Shown: positions 12,959-25,075 of the stretch, piece after piece
How positions within the stretch are numbered: the stretch's first letter is position 1
Layout of the letters: every line of letters begins with the position of its first letter
DNA from: Hydrolagus affinis
Lineage: Eukaryota
Direction: 5' to 3'
DNA length: 64,000 nucleotides
NCBI GenBank assembly: GCA_012026655.1
Contig: JAAILG010001312.1
Location: forward strand, 1-64,000
Notes under the pieces: model-generated
What the model was told of the DNA's origin: nothing
The model's database searches: none
What the model saw: only the letters and a program-made list of their open reading frames with translations
Program-made: the position numbers and the translations under genes

Positions 12959-14269
12959 GTGAGTTTCACGTGGATAGCTAATTACTTACTGAGTCTGTGC
13001 CGGATCACACAAACCTTCTGACCTTAAAATTATCTTGTACAGAAATTGGTATTGGTATGGTAGGTCCCCCGTTTTCCAGCCGCCTTCAGGGCTGTGAATT
13101 GGTGTGTCAATCAGCCATCACATTATACACGTCTCTGCACGTTGAAATTCACATTTTGTTGAAATGTGTCTGGTTTAATATCAATTTGCTGAGTCACACA
13201 CATCTCACGCCACTGAAAGGTGTTTTGTCAATGTCTTGTTGATCTGTTGTGGGCGTCCATTGTAAAGTTTAAAGCTAATTTTCACTCTGCCATTTAATCC
13301 GAAAGTAATTGTGGGGGGGCATTAAACAACAACAACAAAATTACACTTGTATAGCATGTCAGGAGGACGTCCCAATGCACTGACACGTACACTATTATGC
13401 AGTAAAAGCAATTGATGGTGGAGACAGTCCTCAACTTTGCTTTTTCTAATCTCCTGGAATCTGAATTATTCTCCATCAAGCTCTGTTCAACCAATTAATA
13501 TAATAATACTAATAATCCTTGCATCCTTGCACCTTATCATGCCTTCGAAGCATTTCAAAGTGAATCACCGAATATATTTTATGGGCGAAACACAGCAAGC
13601 AATTGTATCTAGCAGCATCCCACAAACAGTCGGGGATTATTGGGGTGGGGGGGACATCTTCAAAAATCTTGTTAGTTTGGGGAGATTGTAAAGGACTTTA
13701 CACCAAGTCACTTGTAAGTGGAATATCTATTACCAAAATCAAGCGCCGTGAATTCAATTCTTCATTTGTTTGGTAGGTTCTTCTGATTCAGAAAGTGAAC
13801 ATCAAACTGGGTTGGGATGTATTGCAAGTGTGGGGACCATTGAAATAGTTCTTAGCTCATCTACTCATGTTCAACTTCACACCGGATACACCCCATTCAT
13901 TGCACATATTTATAATTTACATCAACTCCTCAAAAATTTAGTTTAGAAATGCTGGATTTTATTCACAAATACTGTAATTAGAATGTGGCCCCTTTAGGTT
14001 CAGAGATGTCTGTCCTTTAGAACTAAAAAAAATGGACCCCACACACAGATGGACAAAATATCTTTCTGCTCATTCATAAAGTATTTTCTGCACCATGCCA
14101 TCACCATGAGCTTGTATAGAGGGACAGACAACATGTCCCTTAGCACAAGACACGTCCGTGACCGACTTAACACGTTGTCCTCAGTGACAGCTAAGAGTCT
14201 GCAGCTAGATGCAGCATTTCAGAGGTAAGTGTTGTCCTTGTGGGCATGCAGGCAGTCAATTGCTGGGTA

Positions 14270-14850
14270 TATGCCCCTGTTTACTCCAGGTGGTGTAATG
14301 GTGGTATGCACTGTCTATTCCCTGGAAGTGCAATGGTAGGTCCTGCACCCATTTTCCCTGCCAGTCTAGTTGTGGGTGTTCTGTTTCCCTGCTGGTGTAA
14401 TGGTGCACCTTGAATTTCCCTGCTGGTGTCATGGTGTGTGCTGTGTTATTGTCCCCGCTGGCATGACAATGGGTGTTTCAATGCCCTGCTAGTTTCAGTG
14501 ATGTGCCTTGAATTTCCGTGATGGTACGTATTGTATTGGTTTCCTCGCTGTAATAGAAGTGGGTGTTGCATTAATTTTGCTGCTGGTGTTATGGTGGATG
14601 TTGTTGTTGAAATTTCCTGCTGGATTTAATGGTGTGTGTTGTGTTTTCCTGCTGAAGCAAGCAGTGAGTGGGTGTGGCATTAATCTTGCTGCTGGTGCAA
14701 TGATCAGTGCTGTTTTGCCAGTTCTGTTACCGAGATAAATAGTAGTTGTTGTGGTTCCCTGCTGCCGAATGGTAGATATTGCTTTGATTTCCCTGCTGGT
14801 GTAATGTTGGGCATGCAGCCATTTGTCCTGCTGGTCTAATGGTGAGTATA
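14270..14850. repeat. degenerate minisatellite, ~30-38-bp unit with core ttccctgctggtgtaatggtg
   Basis: The core recurs more than 10 times with divergent spacers. Confidence 0.85.
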
Positions 14851-16669
14851 TATCTGTTTCTCTTAATTCTTCTGTTAACACTATGTCACCTTGGCTTTGT
14901 TGATCTGTTGGAGCTGGTGCGACCACTAAGTACATTAGTGCTTTCTACTGCAGTTCTGGAGCTCGTGAAAGAATTATGTGACACCCTGTTATTGAAATAG
15001 TTATAAGGATTAAAGAATGGAAACTCAAAGCCCAAACAAATGTCCTGATCCCACAGTCAATATTATACATACTAAGTATGTGCAATAATCTCTTGTTTAG
15101 TTCATAATCCCTCTTTATATTGCAGGTGTAGTCTGTCAGAGACCTGGACATAATCGTTTGCTAGCTGTTGAATGTTACAGCAGAATAGGATCTGTGGCCT
15201 TGGCTTTTCACAGTGTTATCAATGTCTGCTGTCCTCACTGATAACAATTACTCGCCTCGCTCTGTGATTCCACACAGAACTGCAAATAGCATTTCACTAA
15301 ATATCTGCCAGTTTTTTTTCCCAACAATATAATAAAATTGATGGGCGACACTGCAATAGATGAGGCTCCCCCAAGTGGAATTGGTCTAATTTGGAATTTT
15401 TCTTAACAGCTAAGAAATCAGCAGATTTCCCCATTTCAGTTACTGTGCTGAAGAAATGCATTATCGAATTTCTGAAACCATTATTGAATCCATTCAGCAC
15501 CATTCGATGTCCTAGAAATTCGATAACACCACATTTCTTATTTAGGACTATCTCAGATTAGCTCCCCGTGTGTGTTTCACCATCACTGAGGTATAAGAGC
15601 TTCCTGACTTGTTGCACACTTTAATGCATAGATCTTGTCTAAAAGTTCGATGTATTTCACACCAGACTTTACTTATACTGACAAATCTCAGGGGAGGGCA
15701 AAGAACTAGAGTGTAGGACACAACCAAAGATGAGAAGAGTGAGAGAAACAGGAAAGTAGCAGTTAGGTGGTCATGCATTTGCATTGCTAATTATTGGATA
15801 TCATATCAGTAAAAGTGGAGATGTCAGGACTTCCAGAGTTGAGGGGCTCAAAGACAATGAGATAGATTAGGGATGATTTAATATTAGCTTCTAATATCAG
15901 CTACTCACCTTCATGCTTCCTGCTCACACTCGCAGCCATGTCTCCTCACATTTGCGTGTTGGATGGGGGTATACCCTTAGAGAGGATATACAGACGGAGG
16001 AAAAATATACAGTGAAAAATTCCTAGTGAGCGTTACATATACCAATGTCTGTTACAACTGTGAATCACCTTTACTGCTGCACTTAATGCTCACTGGGCAG
16101 TTTTCACCAAACGTGTTTCGATAGGGTATTCAAATGTTGAAAGGGCAGAGGGCTTCAGTGACAGTCATGAGGAATCCAAACAATTTGCTATTACAATAGA
16201 CTACAGCACAAGTGTAAAAATAGTCACTTAATTTAAGCAGAGGGATTGGCTGTGAGAACCAGGGTCAGCTGCCTTCGTTGCTATTTCATTTGCTCTGTCT
16301 ACTTCATCTGTTTGGCTGATCTATCTGATCTGTGCTCCGTTGAATGTCTCCCAATAACCGTTGGTAAGACTCTGGCTCCCCTGGTAGAACTCTGGCTTTC
16401 ACACGTGGCTACCTGTATCTTTGTAATATTTGGGCTCAATATTCGTCTTGGACTGAGGTGTTCCACAATCAAATTGAGAAGCAATGGGTTGTATGTGTGG
16501 AGCATGAGTAATGTCTGAATGATAAAAATAGGCTACGTCTGGGTTGGAGTGCGAGACATGCACATTATACCGTTTCACTTCGATACCAAGGTAATCATCA
16601 CAGTCAACAGGTGAGGACAAAAATATTCAATGAGGCTCAATCACAGGCTTAAACTGTTCATTAAAGATG

Positions 16670-16835
16670 TACACCTCCCAGTGATCAATACACTGTCTTC
16701 CAAATATACACTGACCGGTATTCAATACACACTATTATAATTATACACTGACTGGAGAACAATATAGTGTACTATATTATAATTATACGCCTACCAGTGA
16801 TTAATACACTGTGTTACAGATAGACACTAACTGTG
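16670..16835. repeat. degenerate AT-rich tandem repeat (tacactgac..caatacact..tataattatac)
   Basis: About four diverged units. Confidence 0.6.
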
Positions 16836-19800
16836 GATCCACAGGTTTGAATGTTGAATTGAAACTTGTGTCGCTTGGCTTTTTTTTTTGCAATTTTATA
16901 TTTATATTTTAGGCATAAATATCCTTGTACATTCCAAAATATCTCAGTCAGGTTGACTCTATTATTACAATTCGGCAATGTGTTACGAATAATGCAATCA
17001 CGGTGTAAACGGTGTGATGGATGAATATGGTTCTTTTTATAATGAGTGCTGAAGATTTAATCAATGTGCTGGAGTCATCCAGTGATCTATTGGTGTGTGT
17101 GAGTTTGCAGCCTGATAAAGGGTGTCTTTTCATTGTAAATGCAATCTGAAGTGTTCCATGTTTCAGCCCATTGTTGCTGCACTTGTACAGAAGCTCTGGT
17201 GTGGTCTATCTGTGTCCAATGTGCTTGATATTTATGTGTTCCATGTTTAGTACTGTAAGTTTCATTGTGTAATGGCAGGGTTAAGGCGCTGTCTGCTCAA
17301 GTGCAATCCGCGCTCTGTGTAGTATGACCCGCTTCATTTCGTCTGTCGTGTTTTGTCGGCGCCAAGTTACAGTCTGCACGTTTACAGTAATCTGACAGCA
17401 ATCCTGCTTCAAAGTCTCTATCCAGGGAGCTGGAAATTCAGCCAAATCCATGCCTTAGCAACCAGAACCAAGCAAAGGTGCCGTTGTTTCAAATTACTGC
17501 CTGACTTCCCAGGCAACAAGTCAACCAGTAACTCAAAGAGAATTGAAGTTCAGTGACTCTCTCTAATCCTCTCTCGGTCTCTGTCTCTTTCTCTTATCCC
17601 GCCTCCCCCTCCAACCCCCACCCCCCCTCACCCTCAGAGACTGCTCTTAGTTCAAATCTGCTGGTGTAACGCACACCATGTGGTTTTTTTTGTTCAGACA
17701 CATGTGGAAACCCATCACCAATATTAAGAGTATTCAAACCAAACTGAGAATCCGTGCATTTCACCTACACATGGAAATTCCAGAGATAGATTGTTGGAAT
17801 GCAATGTGCACATTCTCTCTGGAGGGACACATCCTGCTTACCCAATTACGGAGAGTATTAGTCACAGGTTGGCAGGAGTCAAGGCTTGGGGTCCTCATAG
17901 TGTGTGTTGCCATCTGTAGAGATTGCAGATTCCGCTGTGCACTTGTGTAACATTTAAGCGACTTGGAAAACTGAATGATTTCTGCTCTGATTTGAAACGA
18001 GCAACATGTGGTTTGCATGCCTTTGCCTTGCCCTTTGCTTCGGATATGCGTTTACTGTATTTTGGTGCCTCCATCAAAATCTGAGGCACATCAAAGCCTA
18101 TCTCAAAACATACCTGTTTGACCGCGCTTTCAGTCATCTTTCCCCTGCCCACTCCCTTTAGCTCCCACCTCCAGCTGGGGTACCCAGCCAGCAATGTCAG
18201 GTGTTTTGACCAGTCCTACCAACATAAAAGGCATTGTGCAAACAAAAATTGTATTGTGTATGGAGTGCTCTTATACATTCTGGCAGCTGGTCATGCATTA
18301 TTTTATAATCTTGCTTAATCCTCTTATCTTTCCAAAGCCCAAATTTTCATTTTTTAAGATCATTTTGTCTTAAACTTTAAGGCCAAAGTAAAACAATTAT
18401 CCCCCTTCACCATTGCTTCTAACCATCTATATTACAGATATGTGTTTTCAAGTTTGCAGTCATATGCAGATGGTGATTTAAACAGCTCGATCTTTAGCTG
18501 TTAACATTTCTACCATTGAACTCTGCATATATACAGTATTACACCCAGGGATTCTCTTCCAGTGTGCCAATTATTCTTTGTTTACAGGTGTGAAAAGTGT
18601 CCAAAATGGGAATTTTTGGTACAACAAGATTTTGGGCACAGCAGAGTACTGTATTAAATGCTTTACTGACATTCTCAGGCAGTAATCCAAAGCTTTTTCT
18701 AGGAAATCATTCCCTATCTCCTGCAGGGTTTGCAAGGGGGGTGGGGAGGGTTATTGAACAAAGCACTCACTCTGCTTGCCAAAAGCAATGATGCACTGTG
18801 ATGAGTAGGAACAATAACTGGCATCTGGATAATTAGCAGTGGCAGTGTGAATGAACGCTCAGCAGTGACGGGTAAGACAGCCCTGAAGGAAGTTCTCTAT
18901 CCTTGGTTGCTTGAGGTCCTGCTGTAGGGTTTACTTAGTATAGTCCTGCTGCAGGGCAACTTGAACAAACGGCTTCCGACTTGAACCTTGCCTTTTAACC
19001 AAGTCCTCCACAGGCCATGAAGAAAACGAATGGATCAACAATAACTTTTTTAACGTTCAAGTAACCTAAATTTACCCCAATAGAGTTACCAAAGGTCCAA
19101 CTCCGCTTGGAAAATCATTAACGTGGGGTCACTAACAATAATGGGATCATTAACGTTTTTTTCCTCTTCCATTCCTAATCTGCCGGCAGCTTTCTTCTGT
19201 GTAGCCATCCCTGGGAGATCTGTAATGTTACACCAACAACAACTCAAGTGCAAGCCTCAAAGCTCTGGAACGTCTCCCTGTATTTGGTCTTGTGAACGTG
19301 CTCAACTCTCTCCCCATCCCTTTCATCATCATTGTAAAGTGTTTTGGGGACATTATCTATTTTACATCTGAACCATATGGTTGCTACCCCCTCCACCCCC
19401 CCCCCCACCCACCCTCCAATACACACACACACCTATCTACCTTACTATTTCCAAGCCACTTCACAGGTGCTATTACTGACAGAGTTAGGGCAGAGGTGTA
19501 CACTTATGCACAAAAAATGTTTGCCGCATTGTTTTCCATTGTCATCATTGGTTTTGTGTGTGTGTGTGTGTGTGTGTGAGTGTGCGCATGTGTGTGTGCA
19601 AGTCTTGCCTATTAACCAGGTGGACCTCTGTAGATGCTAGTTCCTTTGCTGTCTCTTTCTTCTCCCTCCTTACCTCTCCAACCACCCATCTCCTCACCCT
19701 TCTATAGCGTGGTCCTGATGTTGGTTCTGCACAATGTTACCTGTAAGGGTTTGAGGGACAGAAGGTGGGGGAGAGGAGTAATGCTTTTTCAGTGCTGTAG

Positions 19801-20137
19801 CTCTTTCATTTCTAGTGTAGCTCTGTCTCTCCTGAGTTCCAGCAATCTGTACCTGCCACGGGCTGAGAAGAAACCATATCAAATTAAGCCGCCACTTGGA
19901 GTTGATCGTAGTCCAATTTTCTGTCAGTGATATGTTAACGGATTCCAAATTAACTACCACAGTGCTGAATTTTCATTGCAGGAGACACTCTCTAACTCTG
20001 CTTTGCTTTTGTTTTCCTTTGTACTCTTCTCCTTCTCTCCTCACCCTCCTCTCTCTCTCCCCACCCACTCCCCTCTCCCCCCCCCCCTCCTCTCTCTCTG
20101 TCTTGTGTGTTCTCTTCCGCCTTGCTGGTTCCATTAG

Positions 20138-20491
20138 CTTGGACGAGCCGTCTCTGTCAGCAGCCTCCACGCTGGAACACATATCTGTGCCGGTGGGCGA
20201 TCAGCAGTCGAAATGCCCGCGACCTCGGACGCTGCAGAGGCAGCAAAGCCTCCAGCAGCCGCTGCAGCAGCCCAGAGCGGCTCACAGCCAACCCACCACC
20301 AGCCAAAGTCTCGGGCAGCTTCAGCAGTCAACCTCTGGCAGCCGGTCTCCCTACCGGGGCCAAACCAGGCAGAGCGCGACGGCGGGCTCCCGCTATCGCA
20401 CTGCCGGAGGTCGGAGCCGCTCCAACCCCGGAAGCTGGGATTACGTGATGGGACAGCTTCGTAATCGAGGGTTAGATATGAAGTCCTTTCT
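20138..20491 (+). CDS. syt7: Syt7 alternative linker exon (354 nt, phase 2/2): LDEPSLSAASTLE...RQQSLQQPL...RSRSNPGSWDYVMGQLRNRGLDMKSFL
   Basis: ccattag acceptor and TTTCT|gtaagt donor. Retains the RQQSLQQPL, SQPTTSQSLGQL and RNRGLDMKSFL motifs of long Syt7 isoforms. Confidence 0.92.
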
Positions 20492-20544
20492 GTAAGTCTC
20501 TTCTTTCTCTTTTCCCATCTTCTCAACACAGAGTTCCACCTTCT

Positions 20545-20600
20545 CCTAACTACCTACCTATTTACCTTCCTTCCTTCCTACCTACCTGCCTACCTACCTC
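20545..20600. repeat. (CTAC)n/(CCTT)n microsatellite
   Basis: Read directly from the sequence. Confidence 0.8.
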
Positions 20601-23600
20601 CTGGAGAAAAAAAAATGTCTATAGTTTATTTTGACAGCACCTATTAGGGGTGTAGGAACCTTCATCCAATTCTCAACACAGAGTTTTGCTTTTTGTTTCC
20701 TCAAAAAAACTTTACTCGTAACAAAATTACTTGACTTCTTGTTGGAAGCGAAACCGTCCTGCAAAACAATAAAACTGCAACAAAAGGCGAAAAGGAATTC
20801 TGCTGGGACAAAAAAAACTGAATTGGTTAGGGTTTTGTACTCTGGATTTCACAGGAAAATTTCACAGGTGGATTAGATTCTAAGAGTATTTGGTCATAAA
20901 TCCGAAAGGAGCTGGAGGAGAGAAACAGAGAGAGAGAGAAATATACACACACAATACACATATGTTTGGAACGCTGCTTAGACTTTCAGAAGTTGCAAAT
21001 AATTATAATTGCTGTAATTATTTTGTGAAAGGGCATTGAGGTTGGAAGAAATATGAAAAGGCGAGCTTTGTAACCCACTTAAAGAGGAACTTGCCTGTCA
21101 TGGGCTCGCAGTGAATATTGCCAACCCTGGTCATTGAGAGTGTTGGGACAGTCGGGTTCAGAGTCACCTTATACAGGGCATCTATGTGCTGTGTTGTTGA
21201 AGAACTCCATTGCCTTCACATTTGTCTACCAATCAAGTCATTGTTTTGGTGACAGATGTGGGGGGAACCACAACAATACAGAGCAACAGATCTTTACAGT
21301 CAAACGTCCCGAATCCTGATCTTTGAATTATTTCCTCTCCTTCTTCCTCCCGCGCCCCCCACTGTCCACTCCTACCCCCTCCCTCACCCCGCCGCAAAAA
21401 AGTAGAAGATCCTGGATTGAACATCAGTGGAATGTTGAACCCTTGGTGCATGATATTGCTGCACGAGATTGTGACAGTCGGAAGGGGGAAGCGTGCAGTG
21501 ACGAGGTTAAACACTCCTTTAAAAGGCAACGTTTATTTAAAGCACCCGGTGTCCTGGACACGTCGAGCACTGGTTGCTCCTAAGCAGGTGCGTCAGCTAG
21601 TGTTGTGTCAAATGCATCCTTTGCCGTGATCTGCTGTGCCACCAAAACAAAAGGGAGCAGCTCCAGTGATGTAATGTGTGCGCATGATATCATGCGGTTT
21701 GAGCGTGCATCACGCGTGACCCCCCCCCCCTCTGACGCACTATTCCTCCACCAGGTACCCGCTTCTGCGCACAGCTGTGCAACATCTGCTGAGCAGCCCA
21801 ATGGGATAATAAGTTGGAGCAGGCCGGAACCCACGTGACCTCGTTGGCAAAATCCCCAAAGGCTGAAAAAATACATTGAGTGCTAGTTACATTTTCAGGA
21901 GTTGAAAAGGAAGGAGACATTTGACACAGCACTAGTGTTAACTCTGTCAGACTAATGTTCCTCACTCTCAGTAACTGCTGAGGCAGGTAGGTATGTGTTT
22001 CACAGTGTCATACTGTTCTTCTGAACCGCCCTCCATACAGGGATTTGACGAGCTGCTGAACACTACTTGGCCCCAAAGCATCTATACACTACACTGGTGT
22101 ATTTCAGAGAAACTCAGCAATGATCCTGGTTCTGTGCACCCCTAATAGGCTTGTATGTCACAGCACAGTCTAATTAAGCCAGAACAAATCAATTGGTGGC
22201 AATTTGGGCCGTAACTAATACAAAACGCAGGTGGAATTTCATTACTTTTTGGTAAACTGGGTTCTTTTCATTATCAATCTCAACTGCTTCCGGTCTAGTA
22301 TTTTCATCAGGACCTTTGGTTTTCATGGAGCAGAATAGGTCCACAAGAGTAATGTTCACAGATACAACACAAAGAGACTTGTGTGAACCTATTTGAACCA
22401 AGTGTTGGGGTAAAGTTGCCAAGTATCTTGTACAGTACTGACTGTATTCGTGGGGCTCAAACGTCACAAATTAATTTAGTCTGGTATTAAGGAAATTGGG
22501 TTCTAAAGGCAGGTGGCATTTAAATTGTTGACTCCACGTGGCGAGGGGTCGGTCGTGACACTTAAGCAAGAATCCGTCCATGGGAGGTTAGTGATTGGGG
22601 AGCCGCTGATGGAAATTCCAATAGTTCAAGATTTTTTAACAGGTCTCGCTCGAGCTATCGTTACTTTGTGCTCCAACACTAGACGTCCTAAAAGTGCTCT
22701 CGTGTTTCGTAAGCATAGCAGGGATTTAATGAGCCATACAATTACAGTCAGTGAATTTTTTGACCGGAAATTACTGATAAAATATGTAACCTTCTCAACT
22801 GCAATTGAGAAGCCTCTGAGATTCAGCCCTCCCTTTTGCAACAACATTCAGACTGCCTTGAAATACAATGTACAACAAGTTGAAGGAAAATTATCTTAAT
22901 CTTAATATCTGCTGCCACCATGGCTCCAACTAAGCGAGCATACTGGAGAGAGATTGTTATGTAATGCCTAGTTACCAACTGTAAGAACCAGTCGGGGCAG
23001 ATTGATTCTGCAGCATGTACTCAGACGTTCATTATTTTATAATGGGGTGAGAGGGTTAGATCGTGAAACAAGCGAGTGAAATGTGCTGGTGAATTGTAAC
23101 ACTAATGCTCTCGGGTCCTCGACTCCCAGATCACGCTGCGTTGGGAACAAATTACTAAGCGGAAATTTCCATCTACCGATAATGTGTTCTAATCAACCCC
23201 GAACCTCTTTGGTGTTTGTGATGTATAACTTTACCTCCTAAAACTTACGTTTACACAGCAACACTGAACTGAAACAAACCATATAAAAATGTGCAATGTT
23301 AAGTGGATATGCTTGCTAGATTGGTTACAATCTGAGCTTTGAAGTTTCTCATGGTCTAGGCCTTAATATGTTATCTTAAAATGTAAGATTTAATTCGGAA
23401 GATGGTTGCTTGCAGGATTTTAAATAAGAATTCCACAAAATTGGCTGTCGATTTAAGAACCAACTCGAAATTTTCTGAATTTTGCACAATAATAGCTCTA
23501 ATGGCTATTTCAGATTATTCCAGTCAGTCTGATTGCTCGGTGTCAGTTAGTGAAGTAAGCAGTCACTTTCTCTTGCTTGTAACAGGCTGTTCCCTGATAT

Positions 23601-23940
23601 CTGAAGTGGCTCTAGTACATTCATTCCGTGCATCAGTCTTAAGTTGATGACATTTAGGCTGATACTTGGTTGGTCGTATCGTGAGCTCGCTCTGTACTGC
23701 CCATTGGGAAATCATTTTTAAAAAGTTCCATTCTTGCTGCCTTTCACTGAGGCAGTTCATTGCTAATTTGTGCCAAACTAAAGGACGGTTTGTTCAAACA
23801 CCATCGGGGAGTCTGGGGTTACTATCCTCATTTAGTTGGCAAAGAAAGAAATTTCATCAATCAATTTGGGCTGGATTTGAACCCAGATTCCCCTAGAAGG
23901 ACAACATGCCACACATTTCCCTCCTCTCTTCATCTAAAGT

Positions 23941-24241
23941 GATGATAATAATAATAATCCTTGCATTTGATAAAGCGCTTTTCACGTCTTCTAGACGTCT
24001 CAAAGCATATACATAAAATGAATTGACTATATTTGTGGGCGAAACGTGGCAGCCAACTGCACACAGCAGTGTCCCACAAGGAGTTGTAGATTGAATGACC
24101 AAATTAGTATTTTTTGAGGAATTATTATTAGGCATGTGATTGTAAGGAAACTTGCCAAGGTTTTTTCCTGACCTACCTGGAATCGAACCCAGGTGTTTCG
24201 CTTACAAGGCAAGTGCTCTAACCACTGAGCTACAGGACTCC
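23941..24241 (-). mobile_element. full-length tRNA-derived SINE
   Basis: aataataatccttgcatttgata...gaatcgaacccagg...ctctaaccactgagctacaggactcc. Confidence 0.9.
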
Positions 24242-24779
24242 GATCACTAATGTGTCCTATCTCTCCAAACCTATGAGTAGGATTGAACAGAAAGTCATTG
24301 AAGATACAATCAGCACTGTGGTTGCAATTAATTGAATGATGGAGGTAGTTCATTTGGTTACAACACATCCCAGCCTTTGCTCTATTTTCATTAACTTTGG
24401 GTGTCAATGATCAAAGCTTCTCTGCCAACACAAAAACAAACTTAGGTAATCTACTGTATGTAGAATTAAAGCTGTCTGTTCATATGGAAAAAACAAACCC
24501 TAATATTGATTTTGGAAGGGAATTCCTAAGGTAGGGACATTTCTGATCAGTTTAGGAGCTAGTTAGCAAATTGGCTTCTACGTATTTTTAACCATTGGCC
24601 AGAAAGCATCTTTTCAGCAAGTATCTAGTTTTTACTAGACCAAGTATCCAAATGATTCTGTTAACGTTCTTCCCCTCCTCCCTTCCCACACCTCCCCCCT
24701 CCCCAACCCATCAACTTGAGCAGTCTTCATGAACGAGTGAACCCTTTAATGGTTTGTTCAGAGTTAGCAATTTGTTGAA

Positions 24780-25075
24780 ATCCTCAGTTAGATTGCAATA
24801 CTGAGTACAGTTCTTGTCACCATAAAGGATAATGTAGCAATTGGAGAAAGTAAGGTGTAGATTTACAAGGATGTTTGTCAGGGATAAGTGGATACAGCTA
24901 TCAAGAAAAATTGGGGCACTTGGAGCTTTTCTCTCTAGAATTGAGATGACAGAAATGATAGACTATGAAAGGTTTTGATAAGGCAGTAGATCATTGGCTG
25001 TTTCACTTATTGTCTATCCAAAATGAGGCGGCATAAATATGTTAGCCAGGAACAGATCTACTAGTTGGACAAAAA
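24780..25075 (+). mobile_element. degraded CR1-like LINE ORF2 3' fragment
   Basis: tactgagtacagttcttgtcacc...aaggataatgtagcaattggagaaag...agatttacaaggatg...ttttctctctaga, resembling the CR1 RT C-terminal region. Confidence 0.55.

Noticed and set aside
14270-14850. CRISPR-like repeat/spacer appearance, and hydrophobic ORF 14508-14738 as a possible TM exon
   Set aside because: Vertebrate intron, degenerate repeats, related spacers and no cas genes. The ORF's hydrophobicity comes from the TG-rich repeat and it does not resemble the Syt7 TM exon.
15494-15514. Possible REST/NRSE site (ttcagcacc...; another half-site ggcgctgtc near 17285)
   Set aside because: Only isolated half-sites match; the partner half is missing.
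16269-16362. Possible exon ending in GTTG|gtaaga
   Set aside because: No convincing upstream pyrimidine tract or acceptor, and the phase is inconsistent with neighbouring exons.
20134-20529. Overlapping antisense and alternative-frame ORFs over the large linker exon
   Set aside because: Expected shadow ORFs of a GC-rich coding exon, with no independent coding evidence.
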